A stretch of DNA of 64,000 nt from Rotaria socialis (lineage: Eukaryota), in assembly GCA_905331295.1 (NCBI GenBank), contig CAJNYD010000020.1, positions 1 through 64,000 of the forward strand, in the 5' to 3' direction. Positions 24,724 through 36,600 of this stretch are shown here, piece after piece. A model generated the notes under the pieces. The model was not told where the DNA came from and made no database searches. It saw nothing but the letters and a program-made list of their open reading frames with translations. The stretch's first letter is position 1, and each line of letters opens with the position of its first letter. The position numbers and the translations under genes are program-made.

Positions 24724-27149
24724 ATGTCGTATCAAAAAGTACAAAATTTTAAATGTCGTTGCCCACTTATACGAATAAGTTAGTTCCATAAGAATATACA
24801 ATTATCGTTAATATTCATATTTTTATTTTGCTTTGCGATTTTTCAGATGTATTCGGTATTCATGAATCGCATCAGATACCTAATATTCCATGTGATCGTT
24901 CATCGAATGATGTTTTTCTAAATCAACATCTTCAATGGTATCATAATTTTGATAGTGGATCGGCTCGAAAATTAGTTCGTGCTATCTTTAATAATACGAG
25001 TCCACATCAAAATCTGTTTAGTATTAATGACCCTATAGTAAAACGAAATATTGCTGTCGAAGGTTATAAATGTATGTCAATTAAACAATGAAATTTTGAG
25101 GAATTCTATAATTATATTTTTCTTTGTAAAGGTAAATGTCCATTGACACATGATGGTGCGTTTGGTCTCTCTGATGAACATGATATTACCAATGTACCAT
25201 GTGGTAAGGCTCTCTTAGTTGTATTTGTTTCTTTGTTTTTCTTAAATTTTGAAAATTTTAGGTCGAGCAGATAAAGAAGTTCTATGTTTTCAACATTTAC
25301 AATATCATCATAATCTTTCTTCACGAGCAGCTAAAAAAATTGTTCTTGCTATTTTATCATATACTCCAACAGTAACACAATTATTTCATAATGATGATTT
25401 CGTAACACAATCTAAATGTGCTGTAAGAAAACTCAAAGCCAAATGTCCACTAATAGCAACTCATATGTATGGTAAGTTCATCGATTTACTAATCGTCAAC
25501 GTAAAAATACCATTCATGGTTTTCTTAACACAAAATTTAACGAAACAAAATTATTTCCTATCTCAAATGTATTTTCTCATTAAAAATCGATGAGTCATAT
25601 GTACGAGTTAGAGAATTCGATGAACTTTTCCGTAAAAAAACAAAACGATGAACATAGCAACGCTAATAACAGAAGCATTGCTGAGCACGGACAGACATAA
25701 GTACATTTTCAAATGTCATGGCTACCTACTGATTTGAAAATACTCTGTAATAGAAAAGAATGAATATAAACTGTATATGGGTTTCCGACAGTTTACAAAC
25801 AATAGAAGTCTAAAATCATAGTTTATTTCGATTCATTATAAAAACTTCAGTTGACTAACATGTGTTCTCACGTTAAATTTCAAAACAGGTGTAGATCAAC
25901 TTCGCTTTTTATGATAATATCACATATATCATTGAGTTTAACTGTATTTTTATTTTTAAAATATTTTCTGCGTAAAATTTATAAAGAAAATTGCAACTGC
26001 ATGCAGATTTTTTCCTTGCGTACAATGCTTAGAAACCAGTAAACAACATCGTTAATTAGGCCATATTATTCTCCTATACTTTTAGAATACTATCAGTTCT
26101 TTGCAAGACCTCTTACTGTTTCTGCTCTATTTTTTTATGCAAAGATTCCATGGAGAAATGACTCCGCGATATCCTTATCCTGGAGTTGTTTAGTAATTTA
26201 TCAAATGTGTTTTCTAGGTTTGGGCGATCAACATCGCGTTCCAAATATTCCCTGTGATCGTGCTGATCAGGATATATTTCTATTTCATCATTTAACATAT
26301 TTTCACAAGTTAAACCCTAAAGCAGCAACTCAATTAATACGCGCAATACTTCTACATAAAAATCCAACAGAACCAATATTTCACTATAATGATACTATTG
26401 TTGTGTCTCATCACACATTGAATGATCAAGAAACACGACGCAGTAAAAAAATAAAAAATAATCAACAAACATTATCTGAGTTTAATTATTCAAATCAATT
26501 TGACTCTAAATCATTCGAAAGTTTTCAATCGAATTTTGTTAGTAATGTACGTTCGAAGGTAAATCAAAATAACGCATAACCATACTCAAACCATTTTTTA
26601 TTTATTTTTCGTAGTATCCGTCATTTTTTAATCCTTTAAACACATCGGCTTTGTCAGCTTTGCTTCATAAAAACTCCAGTGGAAGTAAGATTTTATGAAA
26701 TTTTTTGTATAATTTCAATAATTTTACTTTTTCTAGAAATGGAAAATAATTCAATACCACTCGATTTTACTGTAAATAAGCAACAAACATATCAAGTACG
26801 TTTAAAAATCGAATAGAGAACGATTAAGATGTAACACAATATGATAGAAAACTATTTTCTCTAAATTGCATTGGATCCGAGGGGGACTACATACCTAGTA
26901 GCCGAGCCAGAAAACTATTAAATAGGCTTCACTATCATGTCAAACGAATTTTTTTCAAAGCATTATTTTATGAGACTTCATTATACTTAGCTTGTGTTAG
27001 TCGTCGTTCATGTTCTTCTAGAAAAGTTGACTAATATGTAAATATTCTTAAAAAAAAACAAAGTTTAACAAAAACTACAAGAAATTATTATCTAGAATTC
27101 TCCCGAAGCAATGTCGTTTCTGGAAATATCGCAAAATAAACTCTCGTAG
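24724..27149 (+). CDS. Uncharacterised protein with three atypical C2H2-like repeats and a PLDFT motif, multi-exon
   Basis: Exons join in frame. Three ~70-aa repeats of the form CPL-x(3-5)-[FY]G-x4-H-x-[IV]-x-N-[IV]-PC-x-R-x8-9-HL-x3-H-x6-A-x2-[LI][VI]-x-AI...[LI]F. Tail IPLDFTVNK. Stop TAG at 27147-27149. Confidence 0.8.
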
Positions 27150-27857
27150 ACGTACGAAGTATTGCTTCTGAATTGACTTCAATATAAGAAATCGATGTAT
27201 TTCCGGAATTAGAAAAATAATCTTATCCTCACACCTCATCTTATCTAATCTATGTATGATTTAATTTTTTGTGCTATCTCTATTTGTGAAACATAATTAA
27301 ATTATATTCTTCTTACATGTTTTCATAGCAAATTTTATTTTCTATTCAGATGTCTTACTCCTATCCAACAAATAATATGGCACATGGTCACGATCTAAAT
27401 TCATTTTTAACCTAATGAATGCCATTACAATTCGAATCTTTGTATATTGTTGTTTTTTCTTTTTCTTTTATATACAATTGTTCTTTTCTCAGTATTAATA
27501 TTCAAATGTCAGAATTGCTGTACTTTACGAATAGAACTTCGTTTTTCTTTTTGTAATCTGTATTAGGTTAATGATTATGATCGTTTAAGAATAAAACAAA
27601 AATTTTAAACAAAAGATCAATTATTTTTATTGTAGTCAAATTCATCAACCTGAGTGAAACAAACAAGCAAACACAAAAAAATACGTGGAATTATTTGATT
27701 GATTATCGTCAAAATGAAATAGGAAACAAAAAAAATACTCTAGAGTGAAAAAAAAACAATCCATCGATCCTAAGTCCAATATTATTTGAATTTTTAACAA
27801 AATATGAAAGAAAATTATGTACAAAGTTAGATTTGTTTTATTTATATTTGAACAAGT

Positions 27858-29417
27858 TTATAAAGTTGGATCGCTATTTGATAAATCAAGATCAGCCCAT
27901 AATTTAAAATCGCCAAGCATTTGCAATTGATTAAAAAATGCTTCTTGTGTTTGAGGATCAGCCGATGCAAGTGCATCAAGTAAAAGTGGATCAATGGGCT
28001 GTGATGATGATGATGATGTTCCGTTTGTTGTTTGTGATGAATTAAATAGTGATGGATCATCAAAATTATTGTTCGATGAAAATAAACCTAATTTCGGATC
28101 AATCAATGAAGCAAGCGTGTTTGTAAGTAATGTCGATGAGGAATTTTCATCGAAATCATTTTCCATTGATGTTGAAAGATTTTCATCTAAACGATTTAAT
28201 CCCGGTAGAATCGAGTTTTTCGATGTACAATCATCCGATGATGTATCTGTTGTATCCATTGATGATGATGCATGTGGATTTGTTGAATTTCTTTGTGGTG
28301 ATGAACCTTTTTTAGCACGTTTACGTGGTTTATACTTGTAATCTGGATATTCACGTAAATGAAGCATTTTCAATCTTTCAGCTTCATCAATAAATGGACG
28401 TCGTTCAATTTCCGATAGGCGTTTCCATCGTGCACCTAAATATTTTGATATTTCAGCATTGTGCATGTCAGGTGCTAATTGAACAATTTTCCGACGTTCC
28501 AATTGTGAAAAAACCATAAACGCATTCATTGGCCTTTTAACACGATTGATGCGCTTTTTTGAACGTGTTCGTGTTGCATCCGAATACGGTGTTTGTGTTT
28601 CAGGTTCGATCATTGATGAACCGAAAGTTGATGGTGGTTGTGTACTTGGTGATGTTAGAAGTTCAACTAGAACTTTTGTTTTAGCAAAAAATGCATCATT
28701 TTGAGTTGTTGGAGGAGATTGAATGGATGTTGGTAAACTCGATGTTGTTGTACGAACATTTGATATACGTGTTGATGTTACTGGAGTATTTTCATTTTCT
28801 TTATTGGCCGATGAAGAAACTAGAAGAGATAAGAAAACTAATTTGTTTTGATGACATGATTTAATATAGTTACTCGATTTATTCATGGCTGATACCATTG
28901 TTGCTTGTGGCGTTTGAACAACATTTGATGTTGATAACATTGGTGTTTCAAGAAGTTTAGCTATACTATTATGTGTTGCTGTTGGTATTGTTGTATTATT
29001 TGTTGATTGTAATAGTGACATTTGACTTAATGTATGTAAATTATTAACAAGTGTTGCTAAACTAATACCATTTTGTCCATTGATAATTGTTGTTGGCGTG
29101 GAAATATTCTGATTATTAGCATTATTTGAAAATAAAAGACGGTTAACAGTTATTGTTCGCGGTTGTTGAGGTTCAGTTTTAGTATTATTCATGATAAATA
29201 CAGCTGGTTGCTGATCCGAAGTGTCATTTGAAGATGTTGTAGGTGCTGTGGTTGTTATTGTACGCATTTTTTGTAGAGCTGCATCACCAATACGCATTGG
29301 ATTCAAAGAATTTTTATTCAATGATGAAGCACCTTTAACAGCCGGAATTATAATAGCACCTGATGAGGTATTTGCAATCGATGACGCGGTTAAGATACGT
29401 GAAGACGATAAATCCAT
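27858..29417 (-). CDS. SoxC: SoxC-group HMG-box transcription factor (Sox4/11/12-like)
   Basis: HMG box [43 protein letters not shown]...[27 protein letters not shown] with the SoxC-type ERRKI and [10 protein letters not shown], preceded by TPYSDAT. Likely start MDLSS at 29417; probable 54-nt in-frame intron at 28820-28873. Confidence 0.9.
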   Translation of the reverse strand: MDLSSSRILTASSIANTSSGAIIIPAVKGASSLNKNSLNPMRIGDAALQKMRTITTTAPTTSSNDTSDQQPAVFIMNNTKTEPQQPRTITVNRLLFSNNANNQNISTPTTIINGQNGISLATLVNNLHTLSQMSLLQSTNNTTIPTATHNSIAKLLETPMLSTSNVVQTPQATMVSAMNKSSNYIKSCHQNKLVFLSLLVSSSANKENENTPVTSTRISNVRTTTSSLPTSIQSPPTTQNDAFFAKTKVLVELLTSPSTQPPSTFGSSMIEPETQTPYSDATRTRSKKRINRVKRPMNAFMVFSQLERRKIVQLAPDMHNAEISKYLGARWKRLSEIERRPFIDEAERLKMLHLREYPDYKYKPRKRAKKGSSPQRNSTNPHASSSMDTTDTSSDDCTSKNSILPGLNRLDENLSTSMENDFDENSSSTLLTNTLASLIDPKLGLFSSNNNFDDPSLFNSSQTTNGTSSSSSQPIDPLLLDALASADPQTQEAFFNQLQMLGDFKLWADLDLSNSDPTL

Positions 29418-29899
29418 GTTTATTGGGGGGAAATATGTCAAAAAAAAACAATTTTTGAACAACTTATTGTTCACTCTAGATAAAGCTTTTCGTTCATTAA
29501 TATGAATATATCGAAGTGTACGTCAGCGGTCATTGTGTTCGATTATGACGGACGAGCATTGTGTTTGAATTAACCAACGGGAACGAAGAATGTTTTCCTT
29601 TTTTTCTTCTGTTCTCATCCGTACTATTCCCGAAATTGCGTTCACGAAATTTTCTTCTTCCTTTTTCGTCGTGTTATCCGTGTATTCGTCCGCATAACAC
29701 ACGAAACAGCGAACGCTCCAATTTATTTGCCAAAAGAAAAAAAAAGAGAAGAGAAAATATAAGCTAGGAAATGAATTTAACTATGTATGGTGACCTCATT
29801 GAAATTTTGTATGAGAAAAAAAGAAAAGAAGAGACCAAGAAAAAAAGATAATATGACGGAGAAAAACAAACAACGAAGAAAAAAAAGATGTGCTTCCGT

Positions 29900-31816
29900 C
29901 TAGTGTTCAGACTGGAGAAATTCTAATTTTCCATCTTGAAGACGAATACAAACAGTTGAATCTGTAAAACCTACAGCATTAATCGGTGTACCACTGCTAA
30001 CTTTAACCCATGTTGCTGATGCTTCCCGTTGACCAACAGGCACATGCATATTGTCAACAATCCAGAAAACATCGGCACCAGTGTTACTTATTAACCATGC
30101 TCGACCATCTTCATACGAAGATAAACGTGCGTAACGACCATGCTGAATAGGTACATGACGAAATAAACGTTCATGCATATTATTTGCTTGAAGTGACACG
30201 TGTCGTTCTTCGAGCAAAATGCCTGGTCCACTACCAAACCAAATTAAACCTATTAAAACAGAGCATATGAAAGAGATGCACAATTTTACACTACTATTAT
30301 CTTCATACCTAGTACATCTTCTTCGCTGCCATCTTCTTGTAAAATTTTTCTAACAGATATATCCGCTAATTTTCGATATCGTGTTTCCGGTGGTGCAAGC
30401 GCATGAAGACGTTTCATTTGCATAGCATTCGATAATTCAAGTAACATAAGACTATATCGAAATAAACAAAATACACTTGTACTCGTTACAGCAATACGTC
30501 GAAAGCCAATTTCACCATTGGAAAATTCGTAGGCATCATAATATTCATTTTCACCTGCTTTCCATCGATATAAACCTTGTTCACTTAATATTAACCATTG
30601 ACTATTTAATGGCCACCAGCATAAATCAACAATTAAGCCATGTTGAAATTTGATTGAATATCCTTCGACATCTGCCATACAGATCATTTCTCGTTCATAA
30701 TCATAATAAATTATTTCTTTACCATTTGAAGCTAATGCTTCACCTAAACCACGATTGCTACTTACAGCACCATCAGCAGACGTAGCAGGTAAACTAGAAG
30801 ATCGATCGGTATAATTACTACTAGTAACTGAACGACGATCATTCGATCGTTTAGTAGTTTCTTCTGTCCTTTCTTGCAGACACAATGTACATGGTCCTAC
30901 AGTTGTTTGATCGGAACCACGTGATGTTTCATCATCTTCATCAACATGATGATGGATGTGATGGCCATTTTGTTGTCCATTGATATGACTACTTTCTTCT
31001 TCATCATCAAATGGTGGAAGTATATGCGGCAATTGTCTTGCTTGACGATGGTGAAGATGAAATCTATGCCGTTGAATTTCTTTTGCGTTATTCTGATCTT
31101 CACTTTGAATACTTCGTACTATGGTTTGAAGCGTTGTCATTTGATCTTGAACATGTTCTTCGTTTTTGTGCCGTACATCTAAAAATACATAATATAACAT
31201 GATCAAATCTATGTGCTGGAATAAGACGGAAATGAATTAACCTCCTGATCGCATAGGTGAATGGACACTTGTTGTAATTTCTCCAGTGCCTGGCCGTTTA
31301 TTAATAACATAAAGAACGGTTTCTTCTTTTTCAAGAATAAGTTTAGTTAAATCAGAAACCATATGATCGAGACCAGTCAAACGAGTATGAACAGCAGTCA
31401 GATCAATTTCAACAATGGGTGGGGGCAATGGTTCAACTGGTGGTGGTGGATCAGGAATGTTTACAAGAGCCATTTGTTGAACAATTTGTGTAGCTATTTT
31501 ATTTAAATTGAGTACCTTACTCCTGTAATAAGAAAGTTCTATGGTAAAATCTTCAAATCTATAAATTATTAACTAACGCAATATTTGTATCAATACATCC
31601 ACATTCATTTCGAACAGCTTCGACTGCTCTCGAAACTTCATCAAGTCGTTGAAGAAGTCGAGCCTTTTTCAGATTACACGCTTCTAATGTTTGACCAATT
31701 TGCTCAATTACCTCAGCCATATCACTTGTCATTATTGCGTGTAATCGCTCGCGTGCTTCCATTGATGTCATACTTAATGTTGTTGTTGCAAGAAGGTGAG
31801 AATCTTGACCGTCCAT
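29900..31816 (-). CDS. Uncharacterised protein with N-terminal coiled coil and C-terminal beta-propeller-like region, 4 exons
   Basis: Exons join via GT-AG introns. Helical N-terminus, Pro-rich and low-complexity linker, then a beta-strand-rich C-terminus (ALASNGKEIIYYD, IVDLCWWP, RRIAVTS, PINAVGFTDSTVCIRL). Confidence 0.75.
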
Positions 31817-32360
31817 TTGAAAATGTGTGTGTCTGTATTTGTGAATATTTTTCACTAATAAACTTTTCTGGGTTTGAATAATGCAAAAGTGAGCATGTTG
31901 ACGTGTAGTTATGTAGTAGCAAAGATATTTTTCTTTTAATCAAAAATATGCTATCTTTCATTCTCTCTCTCTCTCTCTCTGTTATAGGGTATCGAAGAAA
32001 GAATGTCATAGACAAGAAAAAAAATAAGCTTCTATGCATGAATAAATGGCATTGATGATGATAATAATAATAATACATAGAAAAGATGAAAATTTGATGT
32101 TTCGCTTTTACATGATGATACATTCTGTAATCATCATGTTTTTCTTGTTCGTTTTATTTATACATACTAAATTGCTTTCCTAGTTAGAAGAACCATGACG
32201 AGGATATATTTTTATAAAAGGACAAAAGAAGACCAAAAACACGATTCACATTCAAAAATAAACACTAAGACTATGCAAAGATAGTAATGGGATCCTCGAA
32301 TTCACGCGAGAGAAAAATCGTCAAGGAACTTTATTGGATACGACGTTGTATAATTCTGGT

Positions 32361-33276
32361 TTAGGCACCTTGTTTGCGTGTTATTGGTTCATTAAGAACG
32401 CGATCAAGATATTTTTTAACTTCCGGCCATATTTTATCACTCTCACGTCCATGAAATTCTTGAAGAACATGCATTTTTCTATAGAAAAACAAAAAAACAA
32501 ATTCTTGTGAGACAAATTCTTTTCTTGTAAAATTTACTTGTAGAAAGCTGTAATTGGATTTGTATTTTTATCATAGGTTTCTAAACGACTACGAATAACA
32601 GCAGGCTTGTCATCTTCACGTTGTGTTAATGGTTCACCTGTGTTATCATCTTTGCCCTAAAACAAACAATGTATTTCATGGGAAAGTCAATTTTTTTGTT
32701 AAATTAAATTTACAGCAACTTTAGGTGGATTCCATAAGAGATTATAAACACGTCCACTTGGTGCATGAACCCATCTATCTTTTAAGCGATTAATAATTTC
32801 ATCGAATGGCACATTGAGTGCAACAACATGATCAACACTCAATTCTTTATGTAATGATTGGGCTTGATTTAATGTTCGTGGATAACCTTTAAAATGGAAA
32901 CGAAACAAAACCGTGTATTATTATTTATTTTTAATTGATTTAGTGAATATTACCATCGAGTAAAAATCCTTTGTCACGAATTTTTTGAAGTTCGCCAACA
33001 ACAAATTTCAATACAAGTTCATCTGGTAAAAGGAGACCTTTATCGATATGTTCTTTGATTATTTTACTTTCCTCTTTAAATAGAATAAAATATCAATAAT
33101 TGAACATATATAAGCAAAACAAATGTACCAGATTTGCGTTGAATATGTTGACGAAGTAAATCACCAACAACAATATGAGGCATACCATAGGTTTTTACAA
33201 TTCGACTAGCAATTGTACCCTTGCCTGAACCAGGTGCACCCAAAATAACTAAACGGCGAGCAATATGAGCTGACAT
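32361..33276 (-). CDS. AK3: GTP:AMP phosphotransferase (mitochondrial adenylate kinase 3), 5 exons
   Basis: P-loop [31 protein letters not shown] domain [12 protein letters not shown]...[19 protein letters not shown], and C-terminal [13 protein letters not shown]. Confidence 0.93.
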
Positions 33277-33677
33277 TTCTATCTAAAAGATATATTCAAC
33301 CTAGATTTCTAGTAGCTCATCATAAAAATAAATAATAAGAAAAAAACATTGAGAGAGAAAAAAAATAAATATATGATCATGGCCACTCCCACCCCTGAAT
33401 CATTTATCGATCAATAGATTGAAATGAAAAGTATAAAAAGGAAAATATTGATGATAAATTTAAAAAAAATTCAATTCATCTTTACAATAAATTTTATTCG
33501 TCTCGTTAACATTATTCAGAAATCTTATGATTACTATCGTAGAGGTAGATCCATAGTATCGATATTGAAAATGGCGGTTATGATTGATCGTTTCTTCTCT
33601 GTTCTGCAATCATTAGAGAAAGAGAAGAAATATTTTCAAAGATCTATTGAAATAATACTATTCATTCGCAAAAAAAA

Positions 33678-36600
33678 ATGACGACAACAAATTCAACATC
33701 AGATGTAATGGATCAATTATCACCAAGTATGTTCAAGGCGTTGAAGCTTGTTAAAAGTTTTTTTTCTGTACAAAAAAACGATCAGTTTATACGAATATTT
33801 ATTTAACATGGATTTTATCTCGTCTATATTCATCATTTTTTCTTATTGGCGAAAACAAAAATTGTCCTTTTCTTTCTTGCTTGCAGCACTTGCACTTGAT
33901 ATCTCAATGAAAGAGATTGACCAAAATGGACGTGAGGATGAACGTATGGTGCTTGTATTCAATGCTTTCGATCAAATCATTCCACAATTAGGTGTTTTCT
34001 CTCCGATTACAGCCAAACTTCGTAATGAATTTTTCGGTATGAAAATTTAAACAACAAAATCGGATTTTTTTGTCTATTTATTCAACTTGATTTATTTTCA
34101 TAATAGATTTTATCTACAGTGGTCAATTTACTGTGGAAAAAATTCATAATAAGACTCCAAAAAAACGTAAACGGATTGCTTGTGTTGAACGATTAGCTTT
34201 TAAAGTTCTTTGCCATCGACTAATTGATCAACATCATGAACAATCGAATATGTTCGAAAATAAAATAGCTGATATGGAAACAAAGTAATATTCAATAGAA
34301 AAAAACTATCAAAATAGCTTACTTTATTTATTTCAATATAGTTTGGCTGGAAAAAATCGTGATTTAAATCAAGCATTTGAAAAAGTTGAACAAATAGAAA
34401 ATGCTAAACAAAAACTAATAGATGAGTTAGCAAGCTTGAAAAGGACATTGAATGAAAAAGATAATGAAATACAAAAGTATTTAAGAAACAGAACAAGTCA
34501 AAGAGATCTATTTGATTTGATTTTTGAATAATTTAGGTTAAAAGAAGAATGTGACAGAATTCGTTATAATAGTGATCAAGAAATTAACAAAACACGCTTG
34601 CAAGTCAAAGAAATAATAGTCAGTTGATTTTGATACGTTTCAAGAAAACAGATATTTAATATCGATTTGTTTCTACTATAGGAAAATCAAGCAGCTACTG
34701 AAGCATTGATAGATGATTTATCAAAATATAAACAAGGTTATGATGAAATGCAAGAAGGTAAGAAAATAGTTATCTTTGAGTATAGATACTGCAAATTTTT
34801 GAGATTTAGCTAAGCTATCATCTTTAAATAGAAGTAGTTTTGAAAGAAAATATGTAATTCACTCGGACGTTGATTAAACATATTTAAATCATTGATTAGA
34901 ATTCGAAGATAATGAGCTAAGAGAGTAAATCATTTTCTATCTAGTACTATTTTATAATAATGTCATATTTGTATTAATAATATTCATTGATTTTTGTCAG
35001 CTTTTACCGATAATTCAACTCGAGCACCGTCGGCAAAAAGACGAGCGGCGCAAGATGACAACGACAATGATGCATACGTTGATGTTAAAGTATTTCTTTA
35101 AATTTGAAAAACAAAAAAAAAATTGAAATAAAATTTTTCTTAGAATCAAATAATGCTCGATATTCAAGTAGCTCTTCGATTAGAAGATCAATTGTCAACA
35201 TTACTCAATATGACAACAGAAGGTTAGAAATCATTTTTTTTTCCTGATTTTAGAACTAGAATTATTCTTGTTTTCATATTAGAATATGATCAAATATTAG
35301 ATGATGAACATACGAAATTACTTCAAACTCAACAATTTCCATCTGAATGTCATTTTATTTGGGATAATGTAAGAGAAATTTTGAAAATAGACAAAGAGAC
35401 TTTCTTTCTTTCTTTAATTAATTTAGATTGCAGCTGAAAAACTACGATACGCACAAACCATAAAAGAAATTCGAGAAGAAATTGATATAACACAACGTCA
35501 TAGACGTAGTTTAGAAGAAAAATTAGAAATGATTGTTATCAAAGAAAATGAAGAACTTAAGTAAATTTAATGAAACTTTCTTTCCTGATCAAATTTATGA
35601 ATACTTTAGGAATCGTAAAGTAACAGCAGTATTTACAGCAAACGAAGCGGCTCAAAAGACAGGTTTGATCAGAAGGAAATTCACATGACAAGATTCTGTT
35701 ATTCGAAATTCTAGGGAAAATATCTAATCCTTTACATGGTCTTGAACATGCATTTGAATCGGCTGGCCGCAAAACTGATATGATTGGATATGCACCACAA
35801 GAACGTATTATTTCACGTTTTTCTTATATGCTTGAATCATCAAACAATGGGCGAGCATGGGCAGATTTTGAATTATCTTCTTTTTGTGATAGCTGTGCTG
35901 ATAAAGTATTTGTTTTAAATTGTGTTTTGCTTCCAAATTCAGTTATCCATTATTTTATTCTAGACTTATTTGTGTCCTCACAAATTTGCTGAAGCTCAAA
36001 TTATTGCTCGAGTACCAGACGGTACAAAATATATTCGAATTTCTCGTCCAATTCTGAAATACAATGATACACTTGTTCGGTAAAGAAATCTCGAGAAAGA
36101 AGTTCTTTTTTTTTTTTGACAAACTCTATTCTAACATCGTAAGATTCAATCTGATTAACGCTTTTGACAATGAGTATTGTATACAAATACACGTTGAGTT
36201 TCTTTCTACGTCGATGAACACTTACAGGATTATCTATTTCTGCTAAGTTGTAAGACTGTCATTGTGCTCAGATCTCAAGAAATAGAAAGATTTTAAGATT
36301 AAGAAGTACACGACTAACTACAAAATTCCCATGTTAAAAACTTGATTTCAAGAATCGATTATAATCATACGATTTTAATCAATAATTTTAGCTGTTAATA
36401 ATCAGAGAAAAATCAGTATTTAATCGATTATTTCCATTTATCATGATTATAATCAATTTTTTAAAATATTCTTAACCAATTATCATCATAAAAATGGAAA
36501 TAATCGATTAAATACTGATTTTGCTATGATTATTACAGCTAAAATTATTGATTAAAATCGTATGATTAAAATCGATTTTGATCTCACTAAAGCTGCTTTT

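Noticed and set aside
27994..29505. Plus-strand ORFs overlapping SoxC
   Set aside because: Antisense shadows of the SoxC coding sequence.
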